Shown: positions 27,120 to 38,325 of the stretch, one piece after another | How the letters are laid out: every line of letters starts with the position of its first letter | How positions within the stretch are numbered: the stretch's first letter is position 1 | Origin: Octopus sinensis | Taxonomy: Eukaryota | DNA length: 64,000 bases | Direction of reading: 5' to 3' | NCBI RefSeq assembly: GCF_006345805.1 | Contig: NC_042998.1 | Coordinates: 9,486,001-9,550,000 of the forward strand | Program-made: the position numbers and the translations under genes | Notes under the pieces: generated by a model | Database searches by the model: none | Seen by the model: the letters and a program-made list of their open reading frames with translations, nothing else | Told to the model about the DNA's origin: nothing

Positions 27120-27487
27120 GTATATATATATATATATGTATATATATGTATATATATATATATGTATATATATGTATATATATATATATGTATATATATG
27201 TATATATATATAATGTATATATATGTATATAATGTATATATATGTATATATGTATATATGTATATGTATGTATATGTATATATATAATATGTATATATAT
27301 GTATATATATATATTGTATATATATGTATATATATATATATGTATATATATGTATATATATATGTATATATGTATATGTATATGTATATATATATATGTA
27401 TATATATGTATATGTATATGTATATATATGTATATGTATATATTGTATATGTATATATATATATGTATATATGTATATATATATATG

Positions 27488-27522
<35 letters not shown>

Positions 27523-27720
27523 GTATATATATGTATATATATATATATATGTATATATATGTATATATATGTATATATATATATGTATTATATATATGTA
27601 TATATATGTATATATATATATGTATATATATGTATATATATATGTATATATATGTATATATATATATGTATTATATATATATATATAATATATATACACG
27701 TGTGTGTATACATATATATA
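24853..27720. repeat. Giant compound (TA)n/(TATG)n/(TATATG)n microsatellite interrupted by a unique island at about 26599-26955
   Basis: Direct reading. It generates the spurious YI/CM-rich ORFs. Confidence 0.98.
26724..26955. repeat. Perfect palindrome: 111-bp arms with a 10-nt spacer
   Basis: 26724-26834 is the exact reverse complement of 26845-26955. The spacer is TCCGTGTGAG. Confidence 0.95.
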
Positions 27721-28050
27721 TATGTGTGTCTGTGTCCCCCAGCATCACTTGACAACCGATGATAGTGTGTTTACGTCCCCCGACACTTAGCAGTTTGGCA
27801 AAAGAGACCGATAGAATAAGTACTAGGCTTCCAAAGAATAAATCCTGGGGTCGATTTGCTCGACTAAAGGCGGTGCCCCAGCATGGCCACAGTCAAATGA
27901 CTGAAACAAGTAAGTTTCTTGGTAGGCTTTTTTGATGTTTATAAAGGTGTTAAAATGTTTTTACTTTATTCCTTGTGACCTGACAAAAGTTGAAGGATTG
28001 TTTGGCAACTGGTTGTGGTAGCTAGGTATGTGGAACAGAAGGTGATGTAG

Positions 28051-28700
28051 AGACTGTAGAGAGAGTGAGGGACAGTCTTGATGCCAATCTCTGTTATGGA
28101 GTTGGTTACCAGGATGGAATTGTGGTCTGACACGAGTGGAAGAGCTCTAACCTTTTGCTATGAAATCTCTTCTTGAACTCCCTCAAAACCTTAACAAAAT
28201 GGTCTTTGTCAAAGGAAGTTCAATGAATACAGATGATGCCCTTGCTGTTGAAGGAGGAGTTCATCATGAGCTTCCCAGTAGACGTGCTTTGTCTGGCCTT
28301 CTTAGATCTGTGGGAGCCAAGATGCTTCCATTGGGCACTCTGTTTCTTGATCTCTGGATCATAACAGTTGATCCAGTTTTCATCACAGGTCACCAAAGAC
28401 CTGTGCTCTTGGATTGGAACTAATGAGCTCAACAATCACCCTGCTGTCACCAATTCACCTTCCTTTCTCTTCATCACTGAGCACCCTGGGAACAAACTTT
28501 GCACAAATGTTATGCATGTTCAAATCTGCGTACAGTTGCCATACCAACTCCAAAAAGTATGCTGATCGTTTTTATAGGCACATGATAGTCTTCATCCAGA
28601 AAATTGCAAATTTTTCTCAACTAGTTCTTATGTACTGACATCCTTCTCCCTCCTACACTTCTCATCATCTCACATCTTCTCTACTGTCCCTGAACCTTTT
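28051..28700 (-). mobile_element. Mariner transposase remnant, N-terminal and catalytic part
   Basis: VTCDENWINCYDPEIKKQSAQWKH...KLMM...SKGIICIH...TVPHSLYS are mariner DD34D-region motifs. Confidence 0.82.
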
Positions 28701-28900
28701 GTGCTAGTGAAAAATGGATGCTTGGCTCATGTAGCATTTTTGTCTGACTGACCTAAAAATTTTTATTGCATAGCAAGCTTCCAAATTGTCTTCACATCCT
28801 GACTGCATTCAGCTAACAAGTCAACTGTGACAAGCAGTCTCTATAGTAACTAACAAGCAGGTAAGATGTGTTTGAAGTGTTGTTAGTTATCTTATTCAAT

Positions 28901-29468
28901 CATCATCATCGTTTAACGTCCGCTTTCCATGCTAGCATGGGTTGGACGATTTGACTGAGGACTGGCGAACCAGATGGCTGCACCAGGCTCCAATCTTGAT
29001 TTGGTAGAGTTTCTACAGCTGGATGCTCTTCCTAATGCCAACCACTCTGAGAGTGTAGTGGGTGTTTTTACATGCCACCGGCACGAGGACCAGTCAGGCG
29101 GTACTGGCAACAGTCACAGACAAATTGTGTTTTTTTTTACGTGTCACCTGCACACCAGCACAAGTGCCAGTAAGGCGACGCTGGTAACGATCACACTCGA
29201 ATGGTGCTTTTTACGTGTCACTGGCACAAACGCCAGTTAGCCGCTCTGGCAACGATCACACTCGGATGGTGTACTTAGTGCTCCACTAGCACAGATGCCA
29301 GTCATCGAATTTGATTTCGATTCCACTTGCCTCGACAGGTCTTCGCAAGCAGTGTCCAATGAAGGGAAGGTATGCATAAGTGGGCTGGTTACGGTCTCAC
29401 TTGGCTTGCTGGGTCTTCTCAAGCACAGCATATTTCCAAAATTCTCGGTCACTGGTCATTGCCTCATT
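28901..29468 (-). mobile_element. 5'-truncated RTE 3' end
   Basis: Same (CAT)n tail and subrepeats as the 8867-9160 element. Confidence 0.85.
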
Positions 29469-29964
29469 AAAAAAATTTCTCCCAGTCTGTTAAAACCAGG
29501 ATGGTTGGAATGTATAGCTAGTGTTACTGCAACAAAGTTTGCCTCTCTACATTAAATGAGTTCTCACTCATGCTGTTAGATAAATATTTAAGAGCACCTT
29601 AGCATTTACTTTATATCTCTAAAATCTTTCACCCAGCATGAAAACATTTTACGGGTATCACTGACTAAGAACTATCAAGGGAATGTGAAATTATATTTCT
29701 ACAACCTAATGTTCCTGATTTCTTAAAAGTGTTTACACAAATATAATTCTTTCAAAAAAAAAAGCACCAAAGACACTCCAGAGTGAGAATCCACCATGTT
29801 GCCAGGGCTGTTTCATCAGGTGTCCATTTCATACAAGACAGCACCAATCATCTCTCCAGCATCTGGATAATCTTTATCTGGAATGAAAAAGTTGGCAGGT
29901 CAGCTTATTAGATGCATAGTAATTAAATACTAAAATTACAATAATATTGGACAATTATAACTCT

Positions 29965-30362
29965 CTTTACTCTTTTAATTGTTTCAGTCATTTGACTGCG
30001 GCCATGCTGGAGCACCGCCTTTAGTCGAGTAACTCCGGGACTTATTCTTTTGTAAGCCCAGTACTTATTCTATCGGTCTCTTTTGCCGAACCGCTAAGTG
30101 ACGGGGACGTAAACACACCAGCATCAGTTGTCAAGCAATGCTAGGGGAACAAACACAGACACACAAACATACACACATAATACATATATATATATATACG
30201 ACAGGCTTCTTTCAGTTTCCGTCTACCAAATCCACTCACAAGGCATTGGTCAGCCCGGGGCTATAGCAGAAGACACTTACCCAAGATGCCACGCAGTGGG
30301 ACTGAACCCGGAACCATGTGGCTGGTTAGCAAGCTACTTACCACACAGCCACTCCTGCGCCT
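29965..30362 (-). mobile_element. SINE family A
   Basis: Family match. Confidence 0.9.
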
Positions 30363-31600
30363 ATTTAAAAACTGCTTCTCTTTAAAAGAAAGTCTAAGGC
30401 CTTCTGGAATGCATCTTGTATATATATGTACAATGGACTCCCTTTAAGTTTCCATCTACTAAATCCACTCACAAGGCTGCAGAAGAGGAGACTTTCCTAA
30501 AATGCTGGGACCATGTGGTTGGAAAGCAAATTTCTTACTACAGTCACACCTGTACAGACAAGAAAATTGGTTTGCATATAAGTAAAAACAGTTTGTTACT
30601 CTCAAATAATAACCTAATATTATAAAAGTGAGGGGGATCTTCTGTCTGTCTGTCACATGCTCTATTAGAGGAAGGGAAGGAGAAAAGGTTGTTAAACAAG
30701 GGAAAGTATGTGTGAAGGAAAACAAGATAGTCTCTATAGTAACTAACAAGTTTTTATTTAAAATGTGGGAATTTTAAATGCAAGTTTGTCAAACAATATA
30801 GTCAATTTTTGGTTATTTGTGTCTGTATTTCTTTGTCTTTCAACATAGAGACAATACAACCCATACTTTAAAAAAATACTTTCACTATAGCGACAGGTTG
30901 AAAGAGGAATTCACTGAGAGAAAGAGAAAGGGTGTGTGTGTGTGAAAGATAATTAAATTTGTTTCAAGAGAAACCAGGTTGTTGCTGAGCAAGTGTGTGT
31001 ATCTGAAAGATAAATAGATAAATTGTTATCATAGTAACTAATGAGACTTTCACTATATAACAGTCTACTATTAAAAGAAGATACGTACATGATTAATATT
31101 TTTACCTGCAGCATAGCAACAGGTAAAAACCTAGTAATAATAATAATTAGCAAAAATCATCAAACTGATTGTTACTCTTCTTCTGAATTTGGTGAGGTGT
31201 GCATTTTAGCAGTGTTTACAACATGCGATGTTTATTAAGACTTCAGTCTTGCAGCTATTTCTGTGTCTTGGATGATCTACAATGAGTGAGAGAGAGTGTT
31301 TTTAAAACCTTTCAGCTGTGCTCTGGTGTGTTATATGTATGTAGAGGTTTGGAGGGTATTTTTTACAAGTAGGGGAAATGACTAAGGGTTAAAATTTGCT
31401 GCAGCCACAAACTGTGCTTCTTGCATGTCTATCATTTTTAGTATTTTTGTTACATTGTGTAAATGGTCATCTATCAGTATAATTTATATGCAATCTTTTC
31501 TGATGAGTATTGTACTGTTTTCTATCTGATTTATTAAATATGGCAGAATTGTTTGCATATCAGACAGAATGTTTAGTGGCATTTCTTACAACGCTTTCAT

Positions 31601-31967
31601 TTGTTTCAGTCATTTGACTGTGGCCATGCTGGAGCACCGCCTTTAGTCAAGAAAATTGACCCCAGGACTTATTCTTTGTAAGTCTAGTGCTTATTCTATC
31701 AGTCTCTTTTGCCGACCCGCTAAGTTACGGGGACGTCAACACACAGCATCAGTTGTCAAGCGATGCTGGGAGGACAACACAGACAAACAAACACACATAC
31801 ATACATATATACGACGGGCTTCTTTCAGTTTCCATCTACCAAATCCACTCACAAGGCTTTGGTCGGCCCAATACTATAGTAGAAGACACTTGCCCAAGGT
31901 GCCACACAGTGGGACTGAATATAGAACCATGTGGTTGGTAAGCAAGCTACTTACTACACAGCCACTC
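31601..31967 (-). mobile_element. SINE family A
   Basis: Family match. Confidence 0.9.
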
Positions 31968-31969
31968 TA

Positions 31970-32112
31970 CATTCTCAGTTCAAATTCCTCCAAGGTCAAC
32001 GTTGCCTTTCATTCTTTCGGAGTAAATAAAATAACTACCAGTTAAGCACTGGGGTCAATGTAATTGACTTACCCTCCTTCTCCAACTAAAACTGCTGGGC
32101 CAGTACCGAAAT
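31970..32112 (+). mobile_element. SINE family C fragment; second copy at about 56275-56430 (-)
   Basis: GCCTTTCATTCTTTCGG...TACCAGTT...CTGGGGTC motif shared by both copies. Confidence 0.7.
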
Positions 32113-32114
32113 CA

Positions 32115-33367
32115 GACAGTAGGGAGGGGCCAGACTAGATTGACATAATCCCTAATGGATCTAATATATTGTTTATACACTATTCTTAATTGTTTCTTTC
32201 TGTTGGCTAAATGTGGTGCTTGTAAGTGTTCCATGTAAATTTGCATCATTTTGCCTGCTTTATGATGTCTTCTGCATATTGTAAGTGTTTTGTCACTCTT
32301 AGTATTTTTATCTTGTTGAGAGTGATGGTTGATTGCATTTGATGTTTTAAGGTGTTGTTGGTTAAAAGAGGGGTCAGCAGATTTGATATTAAGTCTGTTA
32401 TGAATTAGGTTTCTCGGCGAGGCATGCAGGATTAGAGTGGTTTTGCAATCATGCAAAAGTAGACATGAACCATGTCATCTGCATATGAGGCTGTGTGTAT
32501 GTCTGCTCTGTGGAAGTGTAATGAGGCCATCTAAGGTATAGGTTGAAAAGAGTAGGTGAAAGACTGACTCCCTGTTATACTCCATTTGAGAAACTGTGTT
32601 ATTCTTGTTCACTAAATAAGCTTGACAGTAGTTTACTGACCAGTGATTTTATGTTCTATATGAAGTGGATAGTGTGTATGGAGATGAAAATTTGACTAAC
32701 ATTGGTGGTTGTTAGAATGGTGTGTGTGGGGATAGTTTTTGATGTGGAAGCCATCAATGTATTAGGCTTGTAAGTTGCAGTGGTCTTCATTATGTGACAT
32801 TTGTGGCTGATTTTGAAGAATGTTATGATAAGGGCATTTGCTTGGTGTTGGGGTGTAGGTATATTATTTGGGGTTGATATTGGGACCTGGAATGTGATAT
32901 ATCTTCCATAACAATATTAAATTGTTTGGTAAATTATGTTGGGTCCAAATGTTTGCCAGTTTTGTACATATTTTGTTTTGTTAATTGTTTTGATGTTGAA
33001 CTATATTTCATACTTCAGTTGTGTGTGTGTTGGTGTGTTTGAGGTTGGGTATCTCTTGTGTGTAATTGGAGTTGTATTGTTTTATTTTGATTCATAGAAT
33101 GCGTTTTTGCATGGTTCTTATATTTAGCTGAATGTACTGTATTGTCTGTGATGGTCTTTGTTGAATTCTGAAAAACATTTTTATCTATGGGTGTAGGAGT
33201 GGCTGTGTGGTAAGTAACTTGCTTACGAACCACATGGTTCCGGTTTCATTCCCACTGCATGGTACCTTGGGCAAGTGTCTTCTACTATAGCCTTGGGCCG
33301 ACCAAAGCCTTATGAATGGATTTGGTAGACGGAAACTGAAAGAAGCCTGTCGTATATACATGTGTGT

Positions 33368-33403
<36 letters not shown>

Positions 33404-33940
33404 GTGTGTGTATACATATATATATATATATGTGTGTCTGTGTCCCCCAACATCACTTGACAACCGATGATAGTGTGTTTACGTCCCCCGACACTTAGCA
33501 GTTTGGCAAAAGAGACCGATAGAATAAGTACTAGGCTTCCAAAGAATAAATCCTGGGGTCGATTTGCTCGACTAAAGGCGGTGCCCCAGCATAGCCACAG
33601 TCAAATGACTGAAACAAGTAAGTTTCTTGGTAGGCTTTTTTGATGTTTATAAAGGTGTTAAAATGTTTTTACTTTATTCCTTGTGACCTGACAAAAGTTG
33701 AAGGATTGTTTGGCAACTGGTTGTGGTAGCTAGGTATGTGGAACAGAAGGTGATGTCTGGCTAAGAGTTCTAATTGACTTGGAGAGGCGAATGTGTATTA
33801 TTTTGGATGTAAAGGGGGTTTGGTTGCAATGACATGCTACCTTATATCTGTCCCATTTGAAACAAAGATGTATTGAGTGCATGGAAGTCTCCTTCCAATG
33901 ATGATGTCTGTAATTGTTAGAATGTTGGGTTTGCATAACC
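32115..33940 (-). mobile_element. Highly decayed Jockey/I-like LINE interrupted by the SINE at 33189-33620
   Basis: RT-thumb-like VYKQYIRSIRDYVNLVW and endonuclease-like IIG-GDFHA near 33880. A homologous fragment lies at 56690-56935 (+). Confidence 0.6.
33189..33620 (+). mobile_element. SINE family A (donor of the duplicated block at 24851-28048)
   Basis: Family match. Its private variants are shared with 27695-27912. Confidence 0.9.
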
Positions 33941-34040
33941 TGATGGGGCAGTGGATGAGGTCACAAGAGGCTCTGCATTTCTAGTACAGTGATGTCTATT
34001 AATTTAAGGGATCTCATTTCTTATATCTCTGTGGGTCTTT

Positions 34041-34330
34041 ATCATCATCATCATTGTTCGACCGTGGTCGAGACAATGGAATTTACCATGCTACGCCAGA
34101 CTTCACGGTCTATCATGGCATTATGGAGGTCCTGTTGCTGGATGCCTGTATCCCTGGAGATTACATCAGGGTAGGAGAGTGTGCGCCCTCTGGTATTGCG
34201 AGTAGATGGCTTCCAGAGGAGAAGAGTAGAAATTGCCTCGTTTTCAGCTCTACAACAATGTCCAGCAAACTGGACTCTTCTACCTTTCATAGTTTTTATA
34301 GTTTTATGTATTTCATAAATACATCCCAAT
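34041..34330 (-). mobile_element. RTE-type LINE 3' end (different family)
   Basis: RRVQFAGHC...RGRTLSYPDVI...DREVWRSMV followed by a (TGA)n tail. Confidence 0.75.
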
Positions 34331-35859
34331 TGTGAAAGGGTCTGTCTAATCTTATTTGTGCATAATTTGGAATATTATAAAGTTGAGAAGAAAATAGTTG
34401 AATAGACATTGAGAATAAATTATATCTGGGGTATGTGCAATCAAAGCAGTAAAAAAAAAAAAGGTTGAGATAGCAAAAACATCAATTGAAAATATGTCCA
34501 ATATATTAGCATCAAGAAACCAGGAAAAAGATTATTAAAGCTATGCATGATCCATTCTACTAAATGAAAATGAAACTTGAATATAATAGACTACACACCA
34601 TCAACATATTCTAGAGAATATCTTGAGTTAGACGCAAAACCAGGGATGAGAAAAACTAAGAAAACTTCTTTAGATGCTATGGAAGAGAGGAAACTAAAAT
34701 ATTTGGGACACTAAAACAGAAAAGATGATTTATAAAATCTGTTAATAGAAGGCAAAATAAATGGGAAGGAAGAGGAAAAGCAAGTATTACAGAGATGGAT
34801 ATCAAGAACTGGAGAATTAAATTGCAGTGAGTTTATAAGAAAAGCACAAGAAAGCCTGAGACAATAGTCCATGATTTTTAAGTTGCTGAGAGCAGATGAT
34901 ACCTAGTAGTGATATGTTAAGGTTATAGGAATGTTTCCTAAATTACACCTATGTAGATGCTGTGTTTCATGAAATCTTTTGACTTTCAAAAGGCTGGTGT
35001 ATGATTTTAACCTTGTATTGTGAGTAGTATTCAAATTTTTGGGACATCGAATTTCTGGTGGTGTTTATTATTTTTTTTTAAACGTATTTGGTACAGGCCT
35101 ACAAGAAGGTCTTTGTCATTTGATAAGCTAGAGAAACTTACCAAATCTTCTGTGACACACATCAATGGGTGCATTTGGTTATTTGAAATAACTACTCCTT
35201 GAAAAGGGGTCACAAAGCATACTATGAGACAAGAAGCACCATTGTTTCTAAGAAGAAAATCCGTTTTTAGCTGGATAGGAAATTTGAAACTTGAAAATGT
35301 TTTTAAAATTTGGTGTAAGACAGAAGACTGTGCATATAAGTTTAATAATGCAAAATAATATTAATATCTATAAAAGAATTATTCCGTCCAGATCGACTTT
35401 GCCTTTCAACCTTTCAAATCAATAAAGTATCACTTGAGTATTTTTTGGCCTTCTGCCAAAATTTGGAATTAATATTTATAAAAGAATTAAAGCATTCCAT
35501 TTGTAGGTAAAGTTTGTTTCATTCGTTAAAAAATATATAAAATAAAGTACTTCTGATCAAGGATCACCAAACCTGACACACTTTTCGTTTCTAGGGCTCC
35601 ATTTACCTTACTCTTATGTATTTTACCTATCAGTCCGCCAGATCTCATAACCACCCTTCTCATCCTTCGGGTCCCATTAATTGTGGTTAAAGAAGTTTTG
35701 ACGGCCTTGCAAAAACACATTTCCACTTTTACCACCATCAACACTATATTACTATTGTTGTTTTCTTTACATGACGATTAGCGCCAGTTAGATTCTATTA
35801 TAACAAATGGTATGTAATTAAATTTCTATCTTCGTCTGAATTTTACTTAAACAAAAATT

Positions 35860-36031
35860 GGGTACTACTTGAGAACAGTGGTCCCGTTGCGCGCACTCGC
35901 GCCAGCTAGTCATGACTAATCGATCCTTACTTTGTGTTATTTACTTTGCTAGGTAGTCGTTGTAGGATCGACTAGTCACGACTAGCTAGCGCGGATGCGC
36001 GCATCGGGACCACTGTTCTCAAGTAGTACCC
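35860..36031. mobile_element. GC-rich fold-back MITE with 26-bp perfect TIR and 7-bp TSD AAAAATT
   Basis: GGGTACTACTTGAGAACAGTGGTCCC is inverted at both ends, and the arms extend about 68 bp. Confidence 0.85.
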
Positions 36032-36900
36032 AAAAATTCTAAGTCAAGAGCACAGGTTTGTTGATATTTACACGCGACATTTTAAATGTTATTGTTGCAG
36101 TTAATGAAACTATTCATGACAATGTGCCACTATTTCTTATTTTGTGTACCCTTAACGAACTTCGTGCCGAAGAATGAAAATAAAATTTTGCTGCTAATTA
36201 CAACTCATTAGAAAAAAACCCAACAGACATCGTACTTGTAAAATGATGTTGTCACGTGTTCACATTCAAAATGAAGTCGCTGACTTTTGAAACTTTGCAA
36301 AATATTAACGTAGAGGAAAACTATCACTCACGACTAAGTTATTTATTGCAAACAAGTTTAGCTATTACAAATAATTACATAATTACGACGCCATTCTGGT
36401 TTGAAGAGGTAAATGTATACAAAATGAGGAAGAAGCTCTGCAAAAGAAGGAAACCACCCTAAGCCACTGAAGAAATTTGAGTCACTAATTGTAAAAGATT
36501 ACTGAGTATCTACATAAATATAAATTAGCAAATTCTCACGTAAGAGTCGTTTAAAGCTGATCTAACTAAAGATTGCCAACCAGTATTCTACACTGGGAAA
36601 ATAAAAAGAGAATCGGTTGTAAAGCAATTGATATCGACTATTTTCATTCTGCGGCTGGAAAGACGTTCAGACGTGACACTTTGAAGCATAGTCTCTTAAT
36701 ATTGCCGAAGTCATAAAGAAATGAGTCTCCATCTTAAGACAAATGTACATTAAACCAAAACAGGAAATATCGTGGTAAGATGAATTGCTCAGCCTAAAAT
36801 GTAAACACTTTTAAAATACCGAAAGAATTACAGATAAAAGCGTAACTGTTGCATATCATTGCTATTCATGATAAAGATAAACTTTCATGAAAATATATTT

Positions 36901-36916
36901 GGCCCTGAAAAGGGCC
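36901..36916 (-). promoter_or_regulatory. Histone 3' stem-loop GGCCCT-TTTC-AGGGCC (copy 1)
   Basis: Canonical 6-bp stem and 4-nt loop about 30 nt after the stop codon. Confidence 0.95.
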
Positions 36917-36945
36917 GTTGATAGAGAAATTACTACAGCAAGTGT

Positions 36946-37305
36946 TTATTCGCTGCTAGTGTATTTAGTGATTGCCTTCGTACCCTCTGACATTGCGTGT
37001 TTGGCCAATTGGCCAGGAATCAAAAGCCGAACGGCAGTTTGAATCTCTCGACTACTGATGGTCGAACGTCTGTTGTACTGAGCCAAACGACTGGCTTCGG
37101 CAGCGATTCTCTCGAACAAATCGTTAACGAAGCTGTTCATGATGATCATCGCTTTGCTGGAGATTCCAGTATCAGGATGGACCTGTTTCATAACCTTATA
37201 GATATAGTTGGAATAGCTTTCTTTCCTCTTTCTCTTTACTTTCTTGCTTTTCGATCCGGCTAAATTTGGCTTGACGGGTTTCTTGATATCTTCGCTGTCT
37301 GACAT
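36946..37305 (-). CDS. H2B: Divergent histone H2B variant, copy 1 (119 aa, [10 protein letters not shown]...TKYTSSE)
   Basis: Intact intronless histone-fold ORF with ATG at 37303-37305. It has a 3' stem-loop and an upstream TATA/CCAAT/E-box. Confidence 0.96.
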   Translation of the reverse strand: MSDSEDIKKPVKPNLAGSKSKKVKRKRKESYSNYIYKVMKQVHPDTGISSKAMIIMNSFVNDLFERIAAEASRLAQYNRRSTISSREIQTAVRLLIPGQLAKHAMSEGTKAITKYTSSE

Positions 37306-37359
37306 CTTCAACGATCACTGCAAGCTCTACGAATGATTAGCTGATCTCTGGCAACTGAC

Positions 37360-37441
37360 TTTATATCTAGAGCGTAGGCACAAACGGAAAGTAACTGTTT
37401 GGCGCGCTTGAATTTCATTGGTTGAAATAGTTTCTCACGTG
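37360..37441 (-). promoter_or_regulatory. H2B copy 1 promoter: TATAAA (37360-65), CCAAT (37417-21), CACGTG (37436-41)
   Basis: The same motif order and the intervening AAGCGCGCCAAAC recur upstream of copy 3. Confidence 0.75.
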
Positions 37442-37564
37442 ATCAGCATACTTGAGCCTACCTGAAATCCAATTTTTTTTTTCTGTCCCCTCTGTGTTAA
37501 GCCTTATGTGGCTAATAAAGAAAGTAATTATACTCTATATATTGTGTGTGTACGTATGTATGTA

Positions 37565-37644
<80 letters not shown>

Positions 37645-37811
37645 TATAACATTGATGTATTAAATAATAATTTAACACAAATATTCAGTAAACATTGTTA
37701 TATTCAAAGTGGCTGTATTGACTATATAAACAGGTAGATAATTTTATCAGTCATGTAATTAATTATAATTAGTAAGATGTGAGATAATAAAGATAAGGCA
37801 ATAGGAAAATA

Positions 37812-37867
<56 letters not shown>

Positions 37868-37868
37868 G

Positions 37869-37949
<81 letters not shown>

Positions 37950-37980
37950 AGAAGTATTGGGGGTGTTGTACATATTTAAT

Positions 37981-38188
37981 ATATATGAAAGAAAAAAGAT
38001 GTTCAGAATGCTGGATGGTTGTAAAAATATATATTTATTTACATATCACATAGTTTCATCAGAAAATCTGATGAAACTACAGGAGTAGTTGAAAGCGCTA
38101 ATATGAAGTAATAATATATGATATGTAAATAAATATATATTTTTACAACCATCCAGCATTCTGAACATCTTTTTTCTTTCATATATAT
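37981..38188. repeat. TA-embedded palindromic element surrounding the hammerhead motif
   Basis: About 70-bp near-perfect inverted arms (37981-38050 and about 38118-38188) plus an inner 12-bp inversion. Confidence 0.9.
38063..38110 (+). ncRNA. Minimal type-I hammerhead ribozyme motif (Penelope-like class)
   Basis: CUGAUGA (38068-74), stem II AACUAC/AGGA/GUAGUU, GAAA (38091-94), palindromic GCGC, then UA cleavage triplet ending at 38100. Stem I is weak. Confidence 0.68.
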
Positions 38189-38325
38189 ATTTGGGTATTA
38201 TCTGGTAGTTGATCATTGATTAAGGTGTGTTTCTCCATTTTCTTATTTTGTATATATATATATATATATATATATACAAACATACACATTCATAGATTCA
38301 TATATACAGACACACAAACACTACC

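Noticed and set aside
24843-27762. Many long ORFs (up to 402 aa) rich in Y/I/M/C/V
   Set aside because: These are translations of TA/TG microsatellite that lacks stop codons, not genes. The same applies at 37.4-38.1 kb and 60-61.3 kb.
28952-28975. CTGAGGA-CTGG(CGAA)CCAG hammerhead-like start
   Set aside because: The hairpin is followed by ATGG rather than GAAA, so the core is incomplete.
36997-37263. 88-aa [13 protein letters not shown]..., repeated at 44949-45209, 50203-50460 and 55470-55736
   Set aside because: It is the antisense shadow of the H2B CDS, and its recurrence is explained by H2B duplication.
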